From the NCBI GenBank assembly GCA_963782755.1, contig CAWAKR010000012.1:14557-78556 (forward strand): a stretch of 64,000 bases of DNA. The letters run 5' to 3'. The first letter of the stretch is position 1. The number at the start of each line of letters is the position of its first letter. Source of the stretch: Candidatus Acidiferrales bacterium (GTDB lineage Bacteria; Acidobacteriota; Terriglobia; Acidiferrales; UBA7541). The notes beneath the pieces are model-generated. The model ran no database searches and was not told the DNA's origin. It saw only the letters and a list, made by a program, of their open reading frames with translations. The position numbers and the translations under genes were made by a program. Shown in pieces: positions 1 through 9,575 of this stretch.

Positions 1-205
1 GGAAATGGAGTTCGAAATCAAAATCCGGAACCATAAAGATTCGGCGGTGACCGTGGAAGTCAACGAGCCAATTGGCGGGGACTGGGAGATGCTGTCGTCG
101 AGTTTTAAATACGACAAGACGGCGGCATTTGCCGCGCGGTTTGAAGTGCCGGTGAAGGCGAATGGGGAGTCGGTGTTGCGGTACCGGATACGCGCACACT
201 GGTAG
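1..205 (+). CDS. C-terminal part of a DUF4139-like protein (5' truncated by window edge)
   Basis: ORF track 5..205; [20 protein letters not shown]...[15 protein letters not shown] resembles DUF4139 C-termini; followed by a terminator. Confidence 0.6.
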   Translation, partial: EMEFEIKIRNHKDSAVTVEVNEPIGGDWEMLSSSFKYDKTAAFAARFEVPVKANGESVLRYRIRAHW

Positions 206-230
206 AAAATGTTGGGAGTAAGGTGCGGAG

Positions 231-262
231 GGCCCGTCTAAAAAGGCGGGCCTTTTTGTTTT
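231..262 (+). terminator. Rho-independent terminator
   Basis: GGCCCGTC-taaaaa-GGCGGGCC hairpin followed by TTTTTGTTTT. Confidence 0.75.
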
Positions 263-274
263 CGAAGGCTCGAT

Positions 275-297
275 GGCCACCTGAAGGGGGCCGCTAC
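275..297 (-). repeat. REP-like GTAG hairpin, family A (GGCCACCTGAAGGTGGCCGCTAC on + strand)
   Basis: Near-identical copies at 10931..10955 and 15097..15119; reverse complement begins GTAG followed by a hairpin. Confidence 0.7.
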
Positions 298-300
298 AGA

Positions 301-690
301 TCAACTTTCCAAGATGGCGTCGGCTTCGATTTCGATGAGGATTTCGGGAGAGATGAGTTTGCTGACTTCGACCATGGAAGTGGCGGGGCGGATGTCCTTG
401 AAAAATTCACCGTGGGCACGGCCGATCTTCTCCCACTCGGCAATGTTGGTGACGAAGATCCGCGTGCGAATGACATCTTTCAGACTGGCGCCAGCACGGG
501 CGAGCGCAGCTTCGATATTGCGAATGATCTGGACGGTTTGAGCGTAAGGATCGCCGATGCCGACGATTTTGCCGTCGGGGCCAGTGGCGGTGGTGCCGGA
601 GACGCTGATGTGGTTGCCAAGGCGCACGGCACGGGAATAACCGACGATGGGTTCCCAGGGAGTGCCGGTGGCGAAGTTCTGGCGTGGCAT
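301..690 (-). CDS. RidA/YjgF family protein
   Basis: C-terminal 129 aa of ORF 301..1320: MPRQNF...VGYSRAVR...VSGT...RPATSMVEV...IEIEADA; ATG at 690. Confidence 0.9.
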   Translation of the reverse strand: MPRQNFATGTPWEPIVGYSRAVRLGNHISVSGTTATGPDGKIVGIGDPYAQTVQIIRNIEAALARAGASLKDVIRTRIFVTNIAEWEKIGRAHGEFFKDIRPATSMVEVSKLISPEILIEIEADAILES

Positions 691-798
691 ATAGGTCCTC
701 TCAAGGTGGCGTTTTACTGCGTTTTTCACCTGCGTGTTAAACTGAAAACAAGTATGCCATAGGCTATTCCAGGTTAGGCATCGCCCAAGAGAAGGCAA

Positions 799-2188
799 AT
801 GCGCTGCAACAATATTCTTGAAGCTGTAGGCCGCACGCCACTGATCCGGCTGAACCGGATGAGCAAGGACTTGAAACCGCAGATCTGGATCAAGGCAGAG
901 ATGCTGAATCCAGGCGGGTCGGTGAAAGACCGCATCGGCATCACGATGATCGATGAAGCCGAAAAGAAGGGCTTGCTGAAGCCGGGCGGCACGATCATTG
1001 AAGGAACTTCGGGAAATACCGGGATGGGTCTTGCGCTGGTGGCGGCGGTGCGCGGCTACAAATGCGTTTTTACGACGACGGACAAACAGTCGAAAGAGAA
1101 AGTGGATTTGCTGAAGGCACTGGGCGCGGAAGTGATTGTATGTCCGACGGCCGTGGAACCCGAAGATCCGCGGAGTTATTACAGCGTGGCGAAGAAATTG
1201 GCCCGTGAGATCCCGAATTCCTACTATCCAAACCAGTATGACAATCCGAGCAATCCCGAAGCGCATTACCAGACTACGGGGCCGGAAATCTGGGAGGACT
1301 CCGAAGGAAAGATCACGCATTTTGTGTGCGGAATGGGAACCGGCGGAACGATCAGCGGCGTTGGGAAATATCTAAAAGAGAAAAACCCGAAGGTGAAGAT
1401 TGTGGGAGTCGATCCCGAGGGATCGCTTTACTACGACTTTCACAAGACGGGAAAGATCGTCAAGGCGCAGACGTATGTGGTGGAAGGAATCGGCGAAGAT
1501 TTCTTTCCGACGACCATGGATATGCAGATTCTGGACGATGTGATCCAGGTGAACGACGAAGAATGTTTTGTGGTGGCGCGGCGACTGGCCAAGATGGAAG
1601 GACTTTTTACCGGCGGATCCGGAGGCGGATGCCTTTCCGCGACGCTGCGACTGGCGAAAGAGTTGGGGCCGGATGCATACATCGTGGCGCTGTTGCCGGA
1701 CACCGGGATGCGGTATTTGAGCAAGGTGTACAACGAAGAGTGGATGCGCGAGCGCGGCTATACGGAATCGAGTGTGCCGATCACGGCGGAAGAAGTGGTG
1801 AACGCAAAGAAGCAGTTGGGCAAGGTCAGAGAACTCGTGATTGTGCGGCCATACCAGACGGTGTTTCATGCGTTGAAAACGATGCAAGAGCAGGATATTT
1901 CGCAGATACCGGTGTTTGAAGAAAATACGCCGATTGGAACGGTGTCCGAAGATCAGATTTTGATGCTGGCGTTGCAGGGAAAAGATTTAAGAAAACTGAC
2001 GGTCACGGGAAGTAATGAGCAAGCCGATGCCGATGATTCAGAAGAGCGCACCGGTTGAGCGCATAACGTACATGTTCAGTCACGGGGATCCGGCGGTATT
2101 TGTAGAGATGGGCGAATCAAAATTTGAGATCTTAACGAAATACGATTTGATGAGCACGGTGGCTAGCTTGATGGAGCAGAAGCGGTAG
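799..2188 (+). CDS. cbs: Cystathionine beta-synthase with C-terminal CBS domains (one +1 frameshift near 2005)
   Basis: PLP motif [21 protein letters not shown]; reading resumes in another frame REVMSKPMP...ILTKYDLM...KR* to TAG 2186-2188. Confidence 0.88.
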
Positions 2189-2232
2189 AGGCGAACTTAC
2201 CCATAGCATTCGTTTTGAGACAAGAGTCCTGA

Positions 2233-2295
2233 GGGGCTAAAGCCCAGGTCGATGGGCCTTTAAAAATCGGAGCTGAAGCTCCGACCCCCTAAAAA
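2233..2295. repeat. Paired-hairpin intergenic repeat, family E (GGGGCTAAAGCCC ... TCGGAGCTGAAGCTCCGACCCCCTAA)
   Basis: Two short hairpins; degenerate second copy at 23929..24016. Confidence 0.55.
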
Positions 2296-2359
2296 TCACT
2301 AATGGTTTGATATTCGGTTGCCCACTGCGCAGGGCGTGCAGAGAACAGGAAGATAATTC

Positions 2360-4189
2360 GTGAAGATATCGGATTTTAATGAACGGTTGAAGAATTCGAT
2401 TCTGATCGCCGACGGGGCGATGGGATCGCTGCTGTATGAATCGGTGGGAGCGGTACGCTGCTTCGATGAACTGAACTTGACGGAGCCGGAAGCGGTATTT
2501 CGCGTGCACCAGGCGTACATCGAGGCCGGGGCGCAGATCATAGAGACAAATACATTCGGCGCGAACCGGTTCAAGCTGGAACCTCTAGGGCTAGGCGATG
2601 ACGTGCAGAAGTTGAATGGCCGCGGCGTAAAAATTGCGAGAGAAGCACGTGAATCAGCGGCGCGCGAAGTGATTATTGCGGGATCAATCGGGCCGCTGGG
2701 AATTGGCGTGCAGGCGCGGCATCCGGAGCCGGAAGAGATTCTATCGGTATTTCACGAACAGGCGCTGGCGCTGGAAGAACGCGGCGTGGATATCTTCATA
2801 CTGGAAACATTTTCATACATTGAGGAGTTGATGCTGGCGATTGACGCGATTCGGTCGTTTTCGGGATTGCCGATCGTGGCACAGCTTACCTATTCGGAAG
2901 AAGGCACGACATACGGGGATGTGCGGCCGTTTCTGGCGGCCACCATGCTGAAAGACAAAAACGTGCAGGTGATCGGAGCGAATTGCACGCTTGGGCCGCA
3001 GTCACTGCTGCCGATATTGCAGGAACTAACGAACGCGGGTGAGATCCACGTCAGCGGAATGCCCAACACGGGTTTTCCGAAGAAGGAAGGCGATCGCATC
3101 GTTTACCCGAAATCTTCGCCGGAATATTTTGCGTCGTTTGCACGGGATGCGGCCGAAGTAGGCGTGCGGTTATTAGGTGGTTGTTGCGGGACGACGCCGG
3201 CGCATATCAAGGCGATGGTGGAGGCTGTGAAATCGCTGAGGCCGGTGGAGGCGCACCATGCCTCGGTCGTCGTGGCGAAAACGCAGCTGGCTTCGCCGGT
3301 GCAGGAGAAGGATCCGGAGAGCAATTTCTGGAAGAAGTTGCAGAAAAAAGAGTTCACGGTGTGCGTGGAAATCGATCCGCCGAAGGGAATCGCACTGGAT
3401 CGGATTTACGAGCAAGTCGACAAGGTGATGGCATCGGGAAAGGTGGATGCCATCGACATCAACAGCGGGGCCATGGCCCGGGTAGGAATGGACGCGCTGA
3501 TCGTGGCAGGAGCATTGGAGGCCCGCGGCGTGGAGACGGTGCCGCACTTGACGACGCGAGACCAAAATATTATCGGGCTGCAAGCAATGCTGCTGGGGGC
3601 GTGGACGGTGGGTGGCGTGCGCAATGTGCTGGCGATCACGGGAGATCCACCGTCCGTGGGCGATTACCCGGAAACCAGCGGCGTCTACGAAGTGGATTCG
3701 GTGGGGCTGGTGAAAATTCTGCACCGGTTGAATCAGGGGACGGACTGGGCCGGGAAAACGCTGGGCGGGCAGACGAATTTCACGATTGGCGTGGCGCTGA
3801 ATCCGGTGGCGGACGACCTAGACAGCGAGATTGCGCGGTTCCACGCGAAGGTGGAGGCCGGCGCGCACTTTGCAATGACGCAGCCGTTGTTCGATCCGGA
3901 GCACTGGCACGGATTTCTGAAAAAACTGGGCGGGAAGCCCGCGATTCCGGTGATGATCGGTGTGTGGCCGCTGAACAGTTACAAGCAGGCATTGCGATTA
4001 AACAATGAGGTACCAGGAATCATGATTCCTGAGCCCTTGTTGAAGTCGATGGAAGTAGCGGGGGCATCGGCGCGAGAACGCGGATTTGAAGTGGCGAGGG
4101 ATATGTTGAAGTGGGCGCGGACGGAGATTGCGGGAGCGTATTTGATACCGCCGTTCAAGAGGTATGAGGAGATTTTGGAGATTCTGTAG
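2360..4189 (+). CDS. yitJ: Bifunctional homocysteine S-methyltransferase / methylenetetrahydrofolate reductase (YitJ-type)
   Basis: DGAMG, ETNTFGAN, GANC and GGCCGTTP Zn motifs; C-terminal MTHFR domain (EIDPP, ITGDPP, TQP). Confidence 0.9.
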   Translation: MKISDFNERLKNSILIADGAMGSLLYESVGAVRCFDELNLTEPEAVFRVHQAYIEAGAQIIETNTFGANRFKLEPLGLGDDVQKLNGRGVKIAREARESAAREVIIAGSIGPLGIGVQARHPEPEEILSVFHEQALALEERGVDIFILETFSYIEELMLAIDAIRSFSGLPIVAQLTYSEEGTTYGDVRPFLAATMLKDKNVQVIGANCTLGPQSLLPILQELTNAGEIHVSGMPNTGFPKKEGDRIVYPKSSPEYFASFARDAAEVGVRLLGGCCGTTPAHIKAMVEAVKSLRPVEAHHASVVVAKTQLASPVQEKDPESNFWKKLQKKEFTVCVEIDPPKGIALDRIYEQVDKVMASGKVDAIDINSGAMARVGMDALIVAGALEARGVETVPHLTTRDQNIIGLQAMLLGAWTVGGVRNVLAITGDPPSVGDYPETSGVYEVDSVGLVKILHRLNQGTDWAGKTLGGQTNFTIGVALNPVADDLDSEIARFHAKVEAGAHFAMTQPLFDPEHWHGFLKKLGGKPAIPVMIGVWPLNSYKQALRLNNEVPGIMIPEPLLKSMEVAGASARERGFEVARDMLKWARTEIAGAYLIPPFKRYEEILEIL

Positions 4190-4404
4190 CGGAGAAGAGC
4201 GCAGAATCGCGGAAAGATGTTCCGGACAGGAGGCCCAGAAATCCTGGACCCCAGCAAGAGAGTTGGGCAAAAGCACAGACAGGAACGGCCGTGCCACGAA
4301 GAGAAACCTGAGCGCAGGATAAGGCAGCAAATATCCGGCAGAAAGCCCGCGATAGGAAGAGCAAGGCAGGATAGTGCCGTAATATGGCCCCTACGGGAGA
4401 GATA

Positions 4405-5523
4405 TCAAGGCTTGGCTAGAAGGTAGTGGGAGACGATCCACTCGGTGCCGGAGCGATAGCCCCAGAGCTCGGCGCAGGCCATGAAGAAAATGCGCCAGCG
4501 AATCCACCAGCGTTTGGCTTGGTTTGTACCGTAAGTGGCGGCGAACAACGGAAACAATTCAGGTTTGGCGGTGTCCATGTTGCGAAGCCACGCTTCGCTG
4601 GTTTTCTGGTAGTGTGTGCCGGGAAACTGCCAGTGTTGCTGCACGCCAAGGTGCGTTTTGAAATGAGTGAGCAAATCGTCGCTGGGCATCATGCCACCGG
4701 TAAAAAAGTGCTGGGCCATCCAGTCGCCAGCGTCTCGGACTTCGAAGGGGTACGCGAATTGTTTGTGCGTGAAGATGTGGATGAAGAGCTTTCCGTTGGG
4801 GCGGAGCCATGTGGAAATGTTGGTGAGAAGCGCGTCCCAATTGCGCATATGCTCGAACATCTCGATGGATACAATGCGATCGTAGGTGGAGGGAGCGGCG
4901 AACTCGTCCATGTCGGAGGTCAGGATCTGGATGTTGAGGAGACCGCGCTCGGCGGCGCGGGAAAGAATGAATTCGCGTTGCGAAGCAGAGTTGGATACAC
5001 CGGTGATGCGGGAGTTGGGATAGCGTTCGGCCATCCAGAGCGTGAGTGATCCCCAGCCACAACCTAGTTCGAGAAGGTCCTGACCGTCGACCAACTGCGC
5101 GCGTTCGCAGGTGAGTTGCAGCATGGCATCTTCCGCGTCTGCGAGTGAACGGCAATTTTCGCCATAAAGTGCGGAACTGTATTTGAGGCGCGGACCTAGC
5201 GTCTTCTGGAAAAAGGCGGCGGGAACTTCGTAGTGCTGCGCGTTAGCGGAATCGGTGCGCAGGGCGATGGGGCTTTGCTTCATGCGTTCGACGAAGGATA
5301 AGAGTTGCGCGCGATTGGCGGAGTCGGAACCACGATCTTCTTCACGAAGCCGGTCGCGTAGCATGCGACGGATGAAAGCGCGGATGAGGAAGTCTGGCAG
5401 CAATCCGCTTTCTAGAGGCGCTTCGTACCAAAAGCGTTTGCCGGGATGCTCCTGCGCGGAAAGCATCCACTGAGCATGGGATGGTGTGCCGGGCGAGGGC
5501 GATTGGTGCGGGGCGGTGGTCAT
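4405..5523 (-). CDS. SAM-dependent methyltransferase, cyclopropane-fatty-acyl-phospholipid synthase / coclaurine N-methyltransferase-like family
   Basis: ANAQHYEVP, LELGCGWG, SIEMFEH, FFTGG, WRIFFMAC motifs. Confidence 0.85.
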   Translation of the reverse strand: MTTAPHQSPSPGTPSHAQWMLSAQEHPGKRFWYEAPLESGLLPDFLIRAFIRRMLRDRLREEDRGSDSANRAQLLSFVERMKQSPIALRTDSANAQHYEVPAAFFQKTLGPRLKYSSALYGENCRSLADAEDAMLQLTCERAQLVDGQDLLELGCGWGSLTLWMAERYPNSRITGVSNSASQREFILSRAAERGLLNIQILTSDMDEFAAPSTYDRIVSIEMFEHMRNWDALLTNISTWLRPNGKLFIHIFTHKQFAYPFEVRDAGDWMAQHFFTGGMMPSDDLLTHFKTHLGVQQHWQFPGTHYQKTSEAWLRNMDTAKPELFPLFAATYGTNQAKRWWIRWRIFFMACAELWGYRSGTEWIVSHYLLAKP

Positions 5524-6317
5524 GCGTGCCCCTTCTTCGGAAACCAGGGAATGAAGGCGCTGGTGGTGCGCTGATATTCGCGATATTCATCGCCCTTGCT
5601 GCGCAGAGCTTGGGCTTCTGTGGCGGGGATGCCCGTTAGGCGAAGAAGGAAATAGAGAATCAGCGCGGGGGATAGGAAGCCGAGCCAACCCCAAGGAGCG
5701 GCGATGCAAAAGACCGCGTAACCCACCCAGATGGTCCATTCGAAAAAATAGTTGGGGTGGCGAGAATAGTTCCAGAGACCTGTGCGGCACGTTTTACCTT
5801 TATTGGCAGGGTTTTTCTTGAAGGCGTTGAGTTGCTCGTCGGCAGTGGCTTCGCCAAGGATGCCAACGAGCCAGAGGGAAGCGCCTAGATATTCGAAAAC
5901 ACCAAGGGGAGATTTTGTGTTCAGACACGCCAGCAAGAAGGGGAGAGAGAGAACAAGATCGAGGAGGGCTTGAAACTGGAAGAAGAAAAAGAAGCGCAGA
6001 GGGAGACTGGTCTTCCAGTCCTGGCGGAGCTGAACGTAACGACCTTCCTCGGGATGTCCGAGGACGCGAGCGAAGAGAAGGTAGGAGGCCAGTCGGAAAC
6101 TCCAGAGAGCGGCCATGGCGGCAATCACATATTTGCGAATCGAGTAACCGGGAGCCGCGCAGGAATAATAGAGCGCGAGGAAGCCCAGGCCTGCAGCCCA
6201 ACCGACGTCGACGATGGCAGCATTGCGAATCAGGAGATGAATGATCCAGAGCAAGAGCATCATGACGGCGACGATTATGGCTCCGATGGCCACAAGAGAC
6301 AGAGCTTGATGGAACAT
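5520..6317 (-). CDS. DUF1295 family membrane protein (steroid 5-alpha-reductase-like)
   Basis: VDVGW, EEGRY, GLWNYSRHPNYFFEW, YQRTTSAFIPW; start MFHQ at 6317 abuts the upstream stop. Confidence 0.88.
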   Translation of the reverse strand: MFHQALSLVAIGAIIVAVMMLLLWIIHLLIRNAAIVDVGWAAGLGFLALYYSCAAPGYSIRKYVIAAMAALWSFRLASYLLFARVLGHPEEGRYVQLRQDWKTSLPLRFFFFFQFQALLDLVLSLPFLLACLNTKSPLGVFEYLGASLWLVGILGEATADEQLNAFKKNPANKGKTCRTGLWNYSRHPNYFFEWTIWVGYAVFCIAAPWGWLGFLSPALILYFLLRLTGIPATEAQALRSKGDEYREYQRTTSAFIPWFPKKGHA

Positions 6318-6817
6318 TAGGCGGCTTCGACCTCGGCGTTTGGAAGAGAGACTCTCTGGCGGCGAAGCACGCGGCGGAACAGCGGAGCGAGCAACGCGTA
6401 AAGAATTACCGTGAGGAAGGGAGCGAGAAGCACCCAGACAACCATGGCGTGCCAAGTGGTGCTCCAGAGGAACTTGATAGCGCCCCAAAGATTGTTGTGC
6501 GCCATGGAGTAAATTTGCGCGACGGCGATGGGAAGATGGGGCGCTCGAAAGAGCTTTTCGCCAAGACGGTAGAAGGGAAGGATGAGGGCGATCTGAAGCG
6601 GATACATGAAGTAGTTGACGATCTGAATGGCGGTAAGATTCAGCCGCCAGAAGAAGGCGATGAGCGCGCAGAGCGCGGTGGTCCAGCCCAGAGCAGGAAA
6701 AATGCCGAAGACGGCCCCGAGGGCGACGCTGAGGGCGAGCTTCTCTGGCGTTACCCCTTGCTTGAGAAGATCGAGCAAGGGCTGAACCAAACGGCGATAG
6801 ACGAAGCCATGCTTCAT
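6317..6817 (-). CDS. DUF2062 domain membrane protein
   Basis: GVTPEKLALSVALG...FP..G.TT, NYFMYPLQ pattern; hydrophobic. Confidence 0.7.
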   Translation of the reverse strand: MKHGFVYRRLVQPLLDLLKQGVTPEKLALSVALGAVFGIFPALGWTTALCALIAFFWRLNLTAIQIVNYFMYPLQIALILPFYRLGEKLFRAPHLPIAVAQIYSMAHNNLWGAIKFLWSTTWHAMVVWVLLAPFLTVILYALLAPLFRRVLRRQRVSLPNAEVEAA

Positions 6818-7143
6818 GCGGCCTTCTGGCGAAAGAGAGCGGACACGGAATCTTGAGACTTCACGGCGAAGAGCTGGAGCAAGACGTAGAAGGACATCGC
6901 GATATTACCGAGTAACAGAATGAGGATGAACCAGATGATTTTGACGGCGAGGGAGCGTTCGCGCCAGGCAACCCAACAGAAGAAGGTGATGAAGCCGAAA
7001 TAGGCATCGTACAGCGTGGCCCAAGCCCAGACATTGCCGGTGAAGGAGGCCTGCCAGATGGGGACCAGAAGGCTGTTGCGGATGGTCATGACGACCATGA
7101 AAATGAAAATAAAACCAAAAAGTAGCTTCAGAAAAAGCTTCAC
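6814..7143 (-). CDS. DUF1475 family small membrane protein
   Basis: WAWATLYDAYFGFITFFCWVAWRE...LLGNIA pattern; overlaps downstream gene by 4 nt. Confidence 0.75.
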   Translation of the reverse strand: MKLFLKLLFGFIFIFMVVMTIRNSLLVPIWQASFTGNVWAWATLYDAYFGFITFFCWVAWRERSLAVKIIWFILILLLGNIAMSFYVLLQLFAVKSQDSVSALFRQKAA

Positions 7144-7225
7144 GTCGATAAGTCTCCGCCGAATGTGCGTTAGAGGCGTCTAACACGCCCGTGAACACTG
7201 GCTCCACGATTCGCCCTGAGGAATG

Positions 7226-7252
7226 AAATCCAAACAGCAGCCTCTGAGCGTA
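7226..7252 (+). promoter_or_regulatory. Putative ECF sigma promoter AAATCC-N17-CGTA facing the ufaD-like operon
   Basis: AAATCC 7226-7231, 17-nt spacer, CGTA 7249-7252; identical architecture on the opposite strand. Confidence 0.55.
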
Positions 7253-7300
7253 TACCTAGTGTGATGCGAAAGGCCAGTTCAGGTCACACGCTGGGGAGAG

Positions 7301-7327
7301 TACGCTCGCAGGAACTGAATTGGATTT
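7301..7327 (-). promoter_or_regulatory. Putative ECF sigma promoter AAATCC-N17-CGTA facing the DUF1475 operon
   Basis: Reverse complement reads AAATCC-aattcagttcctgcgag-CGTA. Confidence 0.55.
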
Positions 7328-7516
7328 TTCCTGAGGAATGAGTGCTCAGAAAGCTCCAAATCGGGACTAATTTACAGGGTATTGGTGTTTGGATAGGCCA
7401 GAAGCCGAGAAAGAATTGGAGTGATTCTTTCCTGGTGAGAAAGTCACCAAATGCCGCGGAGAGAATCCAATTCACAGACGCCCGCAACAATCAGAGAATA
7501 GAATGCAGGTAGGTTC

Positions 7517-8779
7517 GTGAAGAAAATTGCGGTCATAGGGTCGGGAATAGCCGGGTTAACGGCTGCGTACTACCTGAGCCGGAAGCACGAAGTCTCTCTG
7601 TTTGAAAAGGAGGCACGGCTTGGGGGGCACACGCACACGGTTACGGTGGAATCAAGCGCCGGGCCGCTGGCCGTGGACACGGGCTTCATCGTGCATAACG
7701 ATCTGACGTATCCCAACCTGGTGCGATTGCTGGGGGAGCTGAATATTCCTAGAACGAACTCAGACATGTCGTTTGCTGTGAGTTGCCGTAAGACGGGATA
7801 TGAATATTCGAGCCGGGGCCTTCGCGGTTTTTTTGCGCAAAAACGAAATGTACTGAAAGCGAAGCCGTGGAAATTATTTGGAGAAATCAAGAGATTCAAC
7901 CGCGAAGCCACGGAAGTGCTGGGAAAGCCGGAGTGGGAAGGGTTGACGCTGGGAGATTTTCTGGACGCAAAAGAATTCAGCCAGGAATTTCGAGAATTGT
8001 ACTTGATCCCGATGGCAGCAGCAGTGTGGTCTTGCGCACCAAAAGCGGTTAATGAGTTTCCGGCGGCGACGCTGATTCGATTTTTCGACAACCACCGTTT
8101 TCTGACGATTACCGAACAGGCGCAATGGAAGACAATTCCGGGAGGCTGCAGTAGATACATTGCGCCGATTACGAGGCCACTGCGTGAGCGGATTTATCTG
8201 GGAGCGCAAATTCGCGGAGTGGCGCGGAATGAACAGGGAGTGACGATCCGATTTGTGGGGGAGCGGCCTGCGATGCACTTTGATGAAGTGGTGTTTGCGA
8301 CGCACGGCGACCAGGCGCTGCCGTTACTGGACGAACCTACGGTGCAGGAGAAGGAAGTGCTGGGAGCGTTTCAGACGAGCCGCAATGATGTGGCGCTGCA
8401 TACGGATGAGAATCTGCTGCCGGAGCGAGAAGCGGCGCGGGCATCATGGAATTACCTGCTGCATATGGACGAGAGAAACGGGAGCAGTCCGGTGACGATG
8501 ACGTATCACATGAACCGGCTGCAACCGTTGAGAGTAAAAGAGAATTACTGCGTGACGCTGAATGCAAACGCGCAGATCCGGCCTGAGAAGGTGATTCGGA
8601 AGTTTGTGTACCACCACCCGTTGTATACGGTGGAAGCGATTGCCGCGCAGAAGCGGTGGAGCGAAGTCAGCGGAGTGAAGCGAACGCACTACTGTGGAGC
8701 ATACTGGATTTATGGATTTCACGAGGACGGCGTGAATTCGGCATTGCGCGTAGTGAATTCTCAGGGAATCCAGGTTTAA
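7517..8779 (+). CDS. FAD-dependent oxidoreductase, amine-oxidase-like COG2907 (UfaD-like)
   Basis: GSGIAG Rossmann motif, RLGGHTHT, VDTGFIVHN, GFHEDG. Confidence 0.88.
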   Translation: MKKIAVIGSGIAGLTAAYYLSRKHEVSLFEKEARLGGHTHTVTVESSAGPLAVDTGFIVHNDLTYPNLVRLLGELNIPRTNSDMSFAVSCRKTGYEYSSRGLRGFFAQKRNVLKAKPWKLFGEIKRFNREATEVLGKPEWEGLTLGDFLDAKEFSQEFRELYLIPMAAAVWSCAPKAVNEFPAATLIRFFDNHRFLTITEQAQWKTIPGGCSRYIAPITRPLRERIYLGAQIRGVARNEQGVTIRFVGERPAMHFDEVVFATHGDQALPLLDEPTVQEKEVLGAFQTSRNDVALHTDENLLPEREAARASWNYLLHMDERNGSSPVTMTYHMNRLQPLRVKENYCVTLNANAQIRPEKVIRKFVYHHPLYTVEAIAAQKRWSEVSGVKRTHYCGAYWIYGFHEDGVNSALRVVNSQGIQV

Positions 8780-8783
8780 GAGA

Positions 8784-9575
8784 ATGGAATCGGCACTGTA
8801 CGTCGGAAAATTGCGGCACCGGAGATTTACGCCGAAGGAACATGCGTTCAGCTATCCGGTGTACATGGCGTTTCTGGATATCGATCGATTGCCAGAATTG
8901 ATGAAGATGTCGAAGTTCAGTTCGTACAACCGGTGGAACTGGACGAGTTACGACGAGCGGGATCATTTTGGCGACGCGAAGAAATCATTGCGTGAACGGC
9001 TAAAAGAGGATGCGAAGCGTGAAGGAGTGAGGTTGCCGGGCGGCAAAATTTTTGTCCTCACCCATCTGCGGTATCTCGGTTACGTATTCAATCCGGTTTC
9101 GTTTTTCTATTGCTACAACGAGGCTGGACAGTTGGAGATGATGCTCAGCGAAGTGAACAACACATTTGGCGAGTCGCACAATTATTGGCTGAACGAGAGT
9201 AACGAACTGCCGAACGTAGCAGCAAAGCGCTTCAAGACGAGGAAAGAGCTGCACGTGTCACCTTTTCAGGGAATGGAGATGACGTACGACTGGATTTTCA
9301 CAGAGCCGGGAGAGCAGTTGGTGGCGCATATGAGCACACTGGCGGAGGGAAAGCCAAATTTTGACGCGACGCTGCAGTTGGAGCGAAGGCCGTGGGAAGC
9401 GAAGGAGTTGATGAAAGTGCTCACGGCGTTTCCGTTGATGACGGTCAGGGTCATCGCGGGGATTCACTGGCAAGCATTGCGGTTGTGGATGAAGGGGGTT
9501 CCAGTGTTTAGACACCGGCCGAAGCTCGAACGCGCACGAGTGCCGGCCGGCTCGAAAGGACACGTGATCGGATGA
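8784..9575 (+). CDS. DUF1365 family protein (UfaO-like)
   Basis: HRRF.P.EH.F.Y, GYVFNPVSFFYC, EVNNTFGE, HVSPF, IHWQALRLW. Confidence 0.9.
   Translation: MESALYVGKLRHRRFTPKEHAFSYPVYMAFLDIDRLPELMKMSKFSSYNRWNWTSYDERDHFGDAKKSLRERLKEDAKREGVRLPGGKIFVLTHLRYLGYVFNPVSFFYCYNEAGQLEMMLSEVNNTFGESHNYWLNESNELPNVAAKRFKTRKELHVSPFQGMEMTYDWIFTEPGEQLVAHMSTLAEGKPNFDATLQLERRPWEAKELMKVLTAFPLMTVRVIAGIHWQALRLWMKGVPVFRHRPKLERARVPAGSKGHVIG

Noticed and set aside
691-1320. N-terminal 210 aa of the 339-aa minus ORF as a RidA fusion
   Set aside because: Mostly antisense to cbs; the RidA domain has its own ATG at 690 with a GAGAGG RBS.
2190-2359. SAM (S-box) riboswitch upstream of yitJ
   Set aside because: The hairpins match the dispersed family E repeat also seen at 23929, and the conserved SAM-I core elements are not recognisable.
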